Positions 23,014 to 30,252 of a DNA stretch of 30,374 bases are shown piece after piece. The stretch is from a virus (lineage: Duplodnaviria > Heunggongvirae > Uroviricota > Caudoviricetes). The position numbers were made by a program, and so were the translations under genes. The stretch is taken from positions 73,963 to 104,336 of the IMG/VR virus record IMGVR_UViG_3300009788_001732; one strand, given 5' to 3'. The notes under the pieces were generated by a model. That model ran no database searches, was not told where the DNA came from, and saw nothing but the letters and a program-made list of their open reading frames with translations. Position 1 is the stretch's first letter. The number at the start of each line of letters is the position of its first letter.

Positions 23014-23853
23014 CTAGCTTGTGCGGTAAATATAGAAGGTAACACTACCATCCGTACAATCAACGGTTTCCTCGTTCTCGTTCCCATCGTAACCTGATAG
23101 AAAGTGTCTGCGCCCATCCATTTTAGCATCGCTTTTCCAGGCGTCACGATCGAAATAGTTCGCCATTGCTTCAGGAATCTCCAGGCATTCGTCTATGTAG
23201 TTGTTCAGCGACTCATCCCAAAGATCGTCTGCCTCATCGTCAGTAACAACTAGATACTCGCCATCATCCGCCGCGATAGATTCTCGACGATCCGTAACCG
23301 GGAGATTGTCAAAAGCTTCGCGCAGTGTGTCGCGGTGTGCGATAGCGTGCCCAGAATCATCAGATTTGGTACAAAGAAAATGCAGCGTATTGACCAAATC
23401 GTGCAAGCCGATCTTAGTCAACGGCTCCGTTTCAGGATTATTGCGAATCGTTCGCACCAATTCGTTATAACTAGGGAATAGGTAGCCCGGGTCGCCGAAT
23501 GGTACGCATCGCCTCTTATTGTCCGCTGCGCCTTGCTGGAAAGTTTTCGTTGTCCAACCGGGGGTGCGTGTGTCTGGGTACAGTATCCAAATCCCCGAAT
23601 CGGTTATCATCATCGGCCTTATAGACGGGTCATCATCGATTGCAATTTTTAATGCACGCCGAACCAATGCGACTAGTTGCCGCGCCTTGTCGGGAGATGT
23701 ACCTTGTAACCGCTGGTGCTCGTTAACGATGATCGACGTATCATCATACTTGCTAGCTTCTAGCTCATCCTCATCGCATTCTAGAAACTTGGCCAAGGCT
23801 GCAATACGCGCTTCATCAAGTGTTAATTCTTCGCTTGTCGTTTCTACGTTCAT
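23014..23853 (-). CDS. Acidic protein with ArdA-like C-terminus and central insertion
   Basis: ALAKFL...; EYLVVTDDEAD...IPEAMANYFDRDAWKSD...YDGNENE...YIYR. Confidence 0.6.
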   Translation of the reverse strand: MNVETTSEELTLDEARIAALAKFLECDEDELEASKYDDTSIIVNEHQRLQGTSPDKARQLVALVRRALKIAIDDDPSIRPMMITDSGIWILYPDTRTPGWTTKTFQQGAADNKRRCVPFGDPGYLFPSYNELVRTIRNNPETEPLTKIGLHDLVNTLHFLCTKSDDSGHAIAHRDTLREAFDNLPVTDRRESIAADDGEYLVVTDDEADDLWDESLNNYIDECLEIPEAMANYFDRDAWKSDAKMDGRRHFLSGYDGNENEETVDCTDGSVTFYIYRTS

Positions 23854-23869
23854 GGCTCGTATGTCCCTA

Positions 23870-24292
23870 TTAAATGAAGTGCTCCGAAGCTAGCTCGGCC
23901 TGTACAACGCGCTGATACTTGTTTTCAAACCGTAGTATATGGATACCGCAAAGACTGTCTTGTGTGTCCCATTGCCCACAATCATTGCGACGGGTTTGCA
24001 ACGCACACACCATAGAATCTAAATCTCCATCTTCGCCGAACCGTGCAAGGTATCGCTCGTTTTCGCGGTCATCGCCAAAATCAAAAGAGCCGGCTACGGG
24101 TTCGGAGTCATACTCCCAAACGAATCGCAACCGCCCTGCCATTTCTTCGCGCTCCGCCCTTGCCTCGACTCGCGCTAGGGCAGCCGCGCAGGCTACGCGC
24201 CCGGGTGGTGTGCCATAACCAGCATTATCAAGGAAAAATCGCCACGCTTCACGGTCTATTTTAGTTGGTGCATCTATGGTAGTTGTGCTCAT
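23870..24292 (-). CDS. Conserved-looking phage hypothetical protein
   Basis: FF..AGY...LA..E...SL.GI...YQRVVQAELA; start overlaps the upstream stop. Confidence 0.7.
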   Translation of the reverse strand: MSTTTIDAPTKIDREAWRFFLDNAGYGTPPGRVACAAALARVEARAEREEMAGRLRFVWEYDSEPVAGSFDFGDDRENERYLARFGEDGDLDSMVCALQTRRNDCGQWDTQDSLCGIHILRFENKYQRVVQAELASEHFI

Positions 24293-24399
24293 GATTGGTT
24301 CCCAAATCGACGGCGGAAACGTTTTGCTCGATGCCGTGCGTACCACTCGCGCCGAGCTTTGTTTTTGCTGTATCGTCGTTTTCGTTTTCCGTCTGGCAT
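24289..24399 (-). CDS. 36-aa Arg/Lys-rich peptide
   Basis: MPDGKRKRRYSKNKARREWYARHRAKRFRRRFGNQS; GAGGGG RBS; ATGA overlap; first gene after promoter B. Confidence 0.7.
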   Translation of the reverse strand: MPDGKRKRRYSKNKARREWYARHRAKRFRRRFGNQS

Positions 24400-24417
24400 T
24401 GTTACCCCTCTACTAAA

Positions 24418-24445
24418 AGGATACTACGCCGATTCGCAGAGTCAA
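24418..24445 (-). promoter_or_regulatory. Conserved phage promoter, copy B
   Basis: TTGACT-CTGCGAATCGGCGTAG-TATCCT. Confidence 0.8.
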
Positions 24446-24456
24446 GCCGCCTTTTG

Positions 24457-24828
24457 CTACCAAGGTCGGTTAGCCATTGCGTCGTCAATAGCCCCGTCTA
24501 GATCGTCCACCTCTAGAGCAACGTTAGGCAACTTGTCTGCGTCAGTGCAATGCAAATAAATATCCATATCGTCATCGCAGGGATATTCATATTCTTTGCA
24601 CATTGTGTCAATCTCGTCGTCAGAAATAAGCGGTGTATGCTCGCCATTTAGCTCGACTGTGGTGTAGCAATACCGCAGATCGTAACTCGGGGTAAGCTCA
24701 CAGAGGTGAGTGGTCTCGGATGCATCATAAACGAAAACAGAAAACACACCCTTGATGAATTTTGCGTCCCCATCAGTAATGAGGATGCTATCCCATTGAC
24801 GTTTAACTGCCCGAAATTCATGGCCCAC
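24457..24828 (-). CDS. Acidic hypothetical protein
   Basis: GGGAGA RBS, GTG start; D/E-rich. Confidence 0.7.
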   Translation of the reverse strand: MGHEFRAVKRQWDSILITDGDAKFIKGVFSVFVYDASETTHLCELTPSYDLRYCYTTVELNGEHTPLISDDEIDTMCKEYEYPCDDDMDIYLHCTDADKLPNVALEVDDLDGAIDDAMANRPW

Positions 24829-24840
24829 AACATTCTCCCA

Positions 24841-25163
24841 TTAAGTTTGATAGGACATATGGTCGACAAATGGAACGTCCGCGGAATGCTTTCTGCCCTT
24901 TAGATAATCGCGGAAATACCAGACGAATTTTTCCTGATATACGTTGATACTTGGGGCAAACTGATTGATTCGGTTCTTTGTCGTGACCGTGTGCCAGCCC
25001 CAGAGTCGAGCACAACGCGCCCGTTACGGTGCAACTCGACAACCTCTGTAAAGTGTAACCGCACCCCATAGGAATCCGGCCCAGTTTTGACAAGATAGGT
25101 ATTGTTCGCAAGCTTTCGCTTACGTGAAGTGGTCCACATCTTCTCTGCTTCGGCGAATGTCAT
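24841..25163 (-). pseudogene. Phage gene split by a 1-nt frameshift in a G4 run at 24998-25001
   Basis: Frame 0 gives ...VVLDSG; the -1 frame continues GWHTVTTKNRINQFAPSINVYQEKFVWYF...YQT* and stops just before the next RBS. Confidence 0.7.
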
Positions 25164-25201
25164 AGCGTGCTCCCATTTTGTTTGGGGCGGACTGAATGAG
25201 T

Positions 25202-25291
25202 TTACCAGCGGTAAGCATTCCAGCCAAAGCCGTCCAAGAGAGAATAAACGGCAAGTGCAAGACCAGCAAGGTAAAGAATTCCAAGGACCAT
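25202..25291 (-). CDS. 29-aa membrane peptide MVLGILYLAGLALAVYSLLDGFGWNAYRW
   Basis: GGGAGA RBS; first gene after promoter C. Confidence 0.6.
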   Translation of the reverse strand: MVLGILYLAGLALAVYSLLDGFGWNAYRW

Positions 25292-25340
25292 ATTATTTCT
25301 CCCGTCTAAATGCTACAGCTTAAAGGGTATTGCTTAACTA

Positions 25341-25508
25341 TTAAAGGATACGTCGCCCATTCGCAGAGTCAAATAAAATCCTCAAATATTCCCGCAAGTG
25401 GTCTAGTTCACATTGAATAGCTTGCCTAGCTTGATGCGAACACGCCGCACCGAGACGGTTATTCAGTTTGTCCTGTTTGGAACGAAGTTGTTTGATTAGG
25501 AAAATCAC
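25341..25508 (-). CDS. 55-aa helical protein
   Basis: GTGA overlap with upstream stop; open frame IFLIKQLRSKQDKL... Confidence 0.45.
   Translation of the reverse strand: MIFLIKQLRSKQDKLNNRLGAACSHQARQAIQCELDHLREYLRILFDSANGRRIL
25345..25372 (-). promoter_or_regulatory. Conserved phage promoter, copy C
   Basis: TTGACT-CTGCGAATGGGCGACG-TATCCT. Confidence 0.8.
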
Positions 25509-26182
25509 GCAATGGCCCCGATCGCTTCTTGAATCATATCATCGATACGTTTCTCCGGAACCACCCACATCCACTGACCGCCAGGACAGTGATAAGTCAT
25601 AAGACACGGATATTTGTCAGTAGGGCCATAAGTCTCACGACCTACATCTTCGTATCGTCCGTCCGTATCGTTTTTCTCACGGCGACACTGCCGCAAGACA
25701 TAACACGTACAGTTGACATCATCAAGAATGTCATCAAGAATGCCAGCATCGTGCAAAGTCTGCAATTCCTTAAATGCGCTGATATCAGTTTGTTCCTCAT
25801 ATTCGCCAATATCGAGCTGATAGAGACAAAGCCCAGGACCAGAATAGGCTGCATACTCGCAAGGGTTGTATTCAGGGTCAGAATCAAAAGAACCCTCAAG
25901 TTTGTGGTGAACGTGATCAACAATTTGATCAGACAAATCTGCATGATCATCATAATTGTCGCAACCTTCAAAAGCACTACGTATGTAGTCTTTGGCAGCC
26001 TCCGCCCAATCGGGCGACATGTCCTCAACGATATGAAGGTAATCGTAGGCGTAATCGGAATTTCTGGTATAGTCGTCAACCGACTCAGACACTTTATTCA
26101 GCACTTCTTCTACAATCGCTACATCCGCGTCGTGCCGTTCTTCATTGGTGCCATGAGCATTGCCGCGACAATCGTTAAACAT
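25505..26182 (-). CDS. Highly acidic hypothetical protein
   Basis: GGAG RBS; about 50 D/E versus about 17 K/R by manual count. Confidence 0.8.
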   Translation of the reverse strand: MFNDCRGNAHGTNEERHDADVAIVEEVLNKVSESVDDYTRNSDYAYDYLHIVEDMSPDWAEAAKDYIRSAFEGCDNYDDHADLSDQIVDHVHHKLEGSFDSDPEYNPCEYAAYSGPGLCLYQLDIGEYEEQTDISAFKELQTLHDAGILDDILDDVNCTCYVLRQCRREKNDTDGRYEDVGRETYGPTDKYPCLMTYHCPGGQWMWVVPEKRIDDMIQEAIGAIA

Positions 26183-26215
26183 TGGTTTTGCTCCGTTGTT
26201 AATGTGTCCTAGTCA

Positions 26216-26243
26216 AGTATGGCACACGGTCACACAATGTCAA
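26216..26243 (-). promoter_or_regulatory. Sigma70-like promoter
   Basis: TTGACA-16-CATACT. Confidence 0.6.
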
Positions 26244-26245
26244 AT

Positions 26246-27079
26246 CTAGAGGCGGTGAGTGCCCATATGGTCTTGTGCGTAATCTTTGGCTTCGCCTAGG
26301 GTCTTGAAACATTTGTATATTGTCAAACCGGCGCCTTTATAGATTTGCAGTTTATAAAGCTCCTGCCTATCCATAGTTGAGCATTTGTCAATTTGATAAT
26401 GCCCTGATTCCCAACACGTGGCAGATATTTTAATCCATTCTAGATATTTGGTATCGGCAGACACTAGTTGAGTTTGCTCGTGTTCGCGGAACCCCTCAAT
26501 TAGCCGCGCAATGTATTTCGGGTGTGCTGGTGCCATATCGTGCGTTGCAATCCACTTTGCTAACCGCTCGTCGCGCTGCTCAATTTCTTCGGCAAGAATT
26601 TGGGCAGCATGTTTGCCGTCTGGGCCGCCCTCGGCCAGTATGCGGTAAAGAATCTTACCTATGCAACTCAGCGTATTAGTGTCGGGAGCCCTTGCCTTGT
26701 CGGCATGCTCTGCGATCAATTGTGCGCGGGAAGATTCACAACTTTTACAGATACACGATAACCGGTGACCTTCCCAATTGCGCCTAAAAAGTTGGTCCGC
26801 TGCATCCAACGCCCATTGAGGCGGACCAGTCTCATCCAATGGATATATTCGAGGATGCTCTTCTAAATGCTCACGGAATTTGGTCAATGCTTTGCGGCAA
26901 GTCTCAGCATGATTTTCGGGACCATGTCCCGCATAAAGCAAGCAGCGGTTACTCATCCACACCGCTAGCCGATCGTAAAGGTCATCAAGTGTATGATCGA
27001 TAACGCGCCCTTTAGCTTCGGCTATCTGATTCACTTGGAAAAGGTCTTCTACCAGTTGCATCGCAAGTTTACTTGGCAT
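26246..27079 (-). CDS. Modular hypothetical protein with repeated RLAxW...FREH segment
   Basis: DRLAVW...KFREH and ERLAKW...GFREH. Confidence 0.75.
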   Translation of the reverse strand: MPSKLAMQLVEDLFQVNQIAEAKGRVIDHTLDDLYDRLAVWMSNRCLLYAGHGPENHAETCRKALTKFREHLEEHPRIYPLDETGPPQWALDAADQLFRRNWEGHRLSCICKSCESSRAQLIAEHADKARAPDTNTLSCIGKILYRILAEGGPDGKHAAQILAEEIEQRDERLAKWIATHDMAPAHPKYIARLIEGFREHEQTQLVSADTKYLEWIKISATCWESGHYQIDKCSTMDRQELYKLQIYKGAGLTIYKCFKTLGEAKDYAQDHMGTHRL

Positions 27080-27090
27080 CGGTTGGCCCC

Positions 27091-27477
27091 TTAGAAATAT
27101 GAGTGTGCTAAAACTTCCCGCATGTCGTCGATTGCTGCCAACAAAAAGGTATCTTCAATCGTATTATTACGCGCTACCTCTTCGACGATTGCTGCCTGTC
27201 TTCTTAAATTCGTAAGGTATTCTCCTGTAATACTCAGTTCGGTAAGTGTTTCATTAAGCCGCGCGTGAGTTTCATCGAGCTGTTTACGGGTTTCATCGAG
27301 CAAGTTACGATTGTCAGCTAGCAAGCCGCAAGTTTCGCTAAACCTATCAATGAGCGGCTTGAAGTGAGCAAAAATAATATCACTTAACGGGCGTGTCGAG
27401 CCGTGCCGTCTTAAAGCATGCCAGTCGGAAGAAGCATAGGCGGCTATAACCTGCGCCTCATCTAATAGTCTCGACAT
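27091..27477 (-). CDS. Hypothetical protein with coiled coil
   Basis: GAGGAG RBS; heptad segment. Confidence 0.75.
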   Translation of the reverse strand: MSRLLDEAQVIAAYASSDWHALRRHGSTRPLSDIIFAHFKPLIDRFSETCGLLADNRNLLDETRKQLDETHARLNETLTELSITGEYLTNLRRQAAIVEEVARNNTIEDTFLLAAIDDMREVLAHSYF

Positions 27478-27503
27478 CGTTTCTCCTCTGTCTAAATGAT
27501 AGC

Positions 27504-27797
27504 TTACGCGCGTGCGTTACTCTTTCTGTCTATGCGTTCAATCTCTGCAACAATCAGAGCCGCAGCAATAACAAGTTGGCGACGCCGATTGTGTTTGCGT
27601 CTTTTGTTCCAGCTAGCTTGCCATGGCCAAAGATCACGTATTTTTCGTGTGACAGCATAGTAAGCCGCGGCGTTTGCAAGTTGGCCGCGGCACCATCTAT
27701 CATCCTCTAGGTGAGTATGCTCCTCTACAAATAATTGCCTTATTCGCTCGTCGCCAATTTCTGCGACGACCCTAAATGTCTGCATTGATGGTGTCAT
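27504..27797 (-). CDS. Widespread phage protein of the ER.RQ...GELA.AA...WPW...AAALI.AEIERLDR type
   Basis: ERIRQ...GQLANAAAYY...WPW...IAAALIVAEIERIDR. Confidence 0.8.
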   Translation of the reverse strand: MTPSMQTFRVVAEIGDERIRQLFVEEHTHLEDDRWCRGQLANAAAYYAVTRKIRDLWPWQASWNKRRKHNRRRQLVIAAALIVAEIERIDRKSNARA

Positions 27798-27814
27798 TAC
27801 TGTACCCTTACTGA

Positions 27815-27842
27815 AAGATACTACGCCGATTCGTAAAGTCAA
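27815..27842 (-). promoter_or_regulatory. Conserved phage promoter, copy D
   Basis: TTGACT-TTACGAATCGGCGTAG-TATCTT. Confidence 0.8.
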
Positions 27843-27858
27843 ATAGCCGCCCGGCCCA

Positions 27859-28362
27859 TCAATATTGCCTTAGGGGTGAGCGACGATTATCATGGTACAC
27901 ATACGCTGTATGTATCGTCGAATCTCTGTGTCTTAATTCATAGGTAACATAACCAGCATGCTTATACCTCACAGGAAGAGCCAATACAATCAAACCCTGC
28001 CAACTACCTGAGCGGGTTATACCACACAGAGCACGTTTGTCATCCCTAACGGTTATGTAGGCTATACCAGTATCCGTGAGCCGATGCTGAATATTCTGCA
28101 AAACTCGCACACGTACTTCGTGGTCCTCAATTACGTTAAGCACATAAGTGCATGTAATTGTGTCAAACTTACCGTCCGGCATAATTGGCGCAAAGTGCAG
28201 ATCGTAAGACTCCATGCCATAGTAATCAGCATCAAGACCCTGCCCACAGCCGTAATCAAGCGTTCTTCCTATAATCAAACCATCTGACGCGAGCCGCCTT
28301 ATTGGCCGCGACGGTTCAATCCGAAGAGTCGCTGTTTTGTATGAATTTGATTCAGATGTCAC
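27859..28362 (-). CDS. Class I SAM-dependent methyltransferase
   Basis: LDYGCGQG motif I; FDTITCTYVLNVI; IAYITVR; GTGA overlap start. Confidence 0.85.
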   Translation of the reverse strand: MTSESNSYKTATLRIEPSRPIRRLASDGLIIGRTLDYGCGQGLDADYYGMESYDLHFAPIMPDGKFDTITCTYVLNVIEDHEVRVRVLQNIQHRLTDTGIAYITVRDDKRALCGITRSGSWQGLIVLALPVRYKHAGYVTYELRHRDSTIHTAYVYHDNRRSPLRQY

Positions 28363-28793
28363 AGGAATTCTCCAAAGAGCCAAATTATGGCAGCCCAAAA
28401 CAACAGCGTATAGAATGCTGCTTCTCGAAATGGTAGGTCCAGCCTTAGCGGTTCGGCATTGTCGCCGAATTCAAAACCACTAGCCGCGGCAGCCGTAAAC
28501 GGGTCTAGTCCCGCGGCCATGTGTCCTACCCATAATTCAGTGTCTTCTGTAGTGTTACGCGGTACCTCAATTCCGACAGCCTCAAAAGCGCTAGCCCAAT
28601 CGGCTGGCACATTGTCAACCTTGATCATTTTTTGAATGTCGTTACGACTGACACAGGTTTCATTAACAGACTCAGGGTCCTTACCTGTAAAGGCCACAAA
28701 AATATAATCTTCAAAATCTTGCGGGCTCTCACCGGTTAGCGCAACATAAGCGTCGCCATTTTGGTAAAATTCTGGTTGTCGTTTACGTGCCAT
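28359..28793 (-). CDS. Hypothetical protein with C-terminal TM helix
   Basis: 144-aa ORF; hydrophobic end. Confidence 0.75.
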   Translation of the reverse strand: MARKRQPEFYQNGDAYVALTGESPQDFEDYIFVAFTGKDPESVNETCVSRNDIQKMIKVDNVPADWASAFEAVGIEVPRNTTEDTELWVGHMAAGLDPFTAAAASGFEFGDNAEPLRLDLPFREAAFYTLLFWAAIIWLFGEFL

Positions 28794-28799
28794 GGCGAC

Positions 28800-29138
28800 C
28801 TAGCAAGAATTTTCAACCATAGCAACTAGCTCATTTGCCAACCAACTAGGACCGCTCGTTAGTTCACAGACGGCACTCAGTGCCTTTTCGTCAAGCTTCT
28901 GCATACCTTGACAGCCTGCAAAAGCTTCTAATTCTGCGCGGTTCTTACTCCAAGTGGAGCCGCGCAATTTTGTGACTTTTGCTTGTATTGGATACACCTC
29001 GGCGGCAATGCCGGGATGATCGCTGTTTCGTGTATTACGAATTTCTGGCGATCCGGAATCGTATTCAAATTCAATCCAAACTGATGCGGCGAGATTATCC
29101 GTAAACTCTTCAAGCTGAATGGCGTGTTCAAATGTCAT
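28800..29138 (-). CDS. Hypothetical protein
   Basis: AAGGGA RBS; downstream of promoter 29161-29188. Confidence 0.7.
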   Translation of the reverse strand: MTFEHAIQLEEFTDNLAASVWIEFEYDSGSPEIRNTRNSDHPGIAAEVYPIQAKVTKLRGSTWSKNRAELEAFAGCQGMQKLDEKALSAVCELTSGPSWLANELVAMVENSC

Positions 29139-29160
29139 CGCTAGTTCCCTTTCCATTTAA

Positions 29161-29188
29161 AGCATATCACCTAGTTTGACATTGTCAA
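29161..29188 (-). promoter_or_regulatory. Sigma70-like promoter with palindromic TTGACATTGTCAA
   Basis: TTGACA-16-TATGCT; dyad at 29176-29188. Confidence 0.65.
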
Positions 29189-29364
29189 GCGCCCGGTGAT
29201 TTGATCATAGACCAGTTATAAGGTATACTATCGACGCCGATGCGAAAGGACTAATCGTCATGATCACCGCAAGTGCTGCAAACACATTGATCCATAATCA
29301 TACGAGCACTAAATTACCGGGGAAAATTGGACTTTCATACGAGCACCAAATCCCGCCAAATATT

Positions 29365-29571
29365 TCAAAATTTCCGATGCCAAAGTCCATCTATAAGATT
29401 ATATGATTCTAATAGTTGCATTGATAACCAACCACTACCGGGGGTTACACCAAACTTTGTGTTTGCAGCACTAGAAAGTTGATCCGAAGTAAATGTACCA
29501 CCTTGTTTTGTCAATTGCTCTGCTAGGTTTTCTATGAATTTCATCATTTGGATAACACTTGTCTTTGACAT
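29365..29571 (-). CDS. Small hypothetical protein
   Basis: AGGA RBS before ATG 29571. Confidence 0.5.
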   Translation of the reverse strand: MSKTSVIQMMKFIENLAEQLTKQGGTFTSDQLSSAANTKFGVTPGSGWLSMQLLESYNLIDGLWHRKF

Positions 29572-29785
29572 ATTTTGTCCTGATGTAATGTTGTTCCTAG
29601 TGTGACCAAAGGCTAGTCTTGTGATGTCACGGACACCCAATTATCCATTGCCACAGTGACAGGAGACGCTGGAGCCCCATACAGGATCAGGAAAGCTCAA
29701 ACAGCCTCAGAGGACGTTAAAGCGGTCGAAGTTGAAGTCTGCCAAATCTCGGGCAGCCATAACAGTGGCCTGCGGTAAGGCGTCT

Positions 29786-29914
29786 CTAATAATCGGTCTC
29801 ACCCTTGATCCCGCGGGCGATGCATCTCATCAAGATATGCTGTGCAATCATGAGTAGGAACAGCACAACAGTCGGTACGGTTACTAGTATAGCTAGTGCC
29901 GGCAGTAGATGCAT
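29786..29914 (-). CDS. 42-aa membrane peptide
   Basis: MHLLPALAILVTVPTVVLFLLMIAQHILMRC..., read manually. Confidence 0.45.
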   Translation of the reverse strand: MHLLPALAILVTVPTVVLFLLMIAQHILMRCIARGIKGETDY

Positions 29915-30072
29915 CTGATTGGTCTTACTTCGCTGAGTATCAAATCCAGTTCAAGGTCCGAACGCCCGTAGACCTTCTAAGCGCGCCTCAGCGCTCGAAT
30001 TTGGAGCCAGCGCGACTTTAGAGTCGGTTTTTTAGACCCGCCCCTTTAGGTTTCTGAGAAATAGACCCACCC

Positions 30073-30234
30073 CTAAGGTGCCTGCGTCATAGCATCGTCT
30101 ATCAAGTCGAGTGCCCAATTGATCGTATCGTTGTCATGATCTGGGTCATGCAGTATGTTGTCTCTCAGTTGACTTATCACTTCCTGCAATCCCGTCAGTT
30201 TCTTTTCAACGAGAGCCATCTCTTCGATGTGCAT
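30073..30234 (-). CDS. 53-aa helical acidic protein
   Basis: MHIEEMALVEKKLTGLQEVISQLRD..., read manually. Confidence 0.55.
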   Translation of the reverse strand: MHIEEMALVEKKLTGLQEVISQLRDNILHDPDHDNDTINWALDLIDDAMTQAP

Positions 30235-30252
30235 CTTGCGTGTCTCGCCGAG

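Noticed and set aside
25529-26212. Plus-strand 227-aa and minus-strand 145-aa Ile/Thr-rich ORFs
   Set aside because: Frame shadows of the Asp-rich gene 25505-26182
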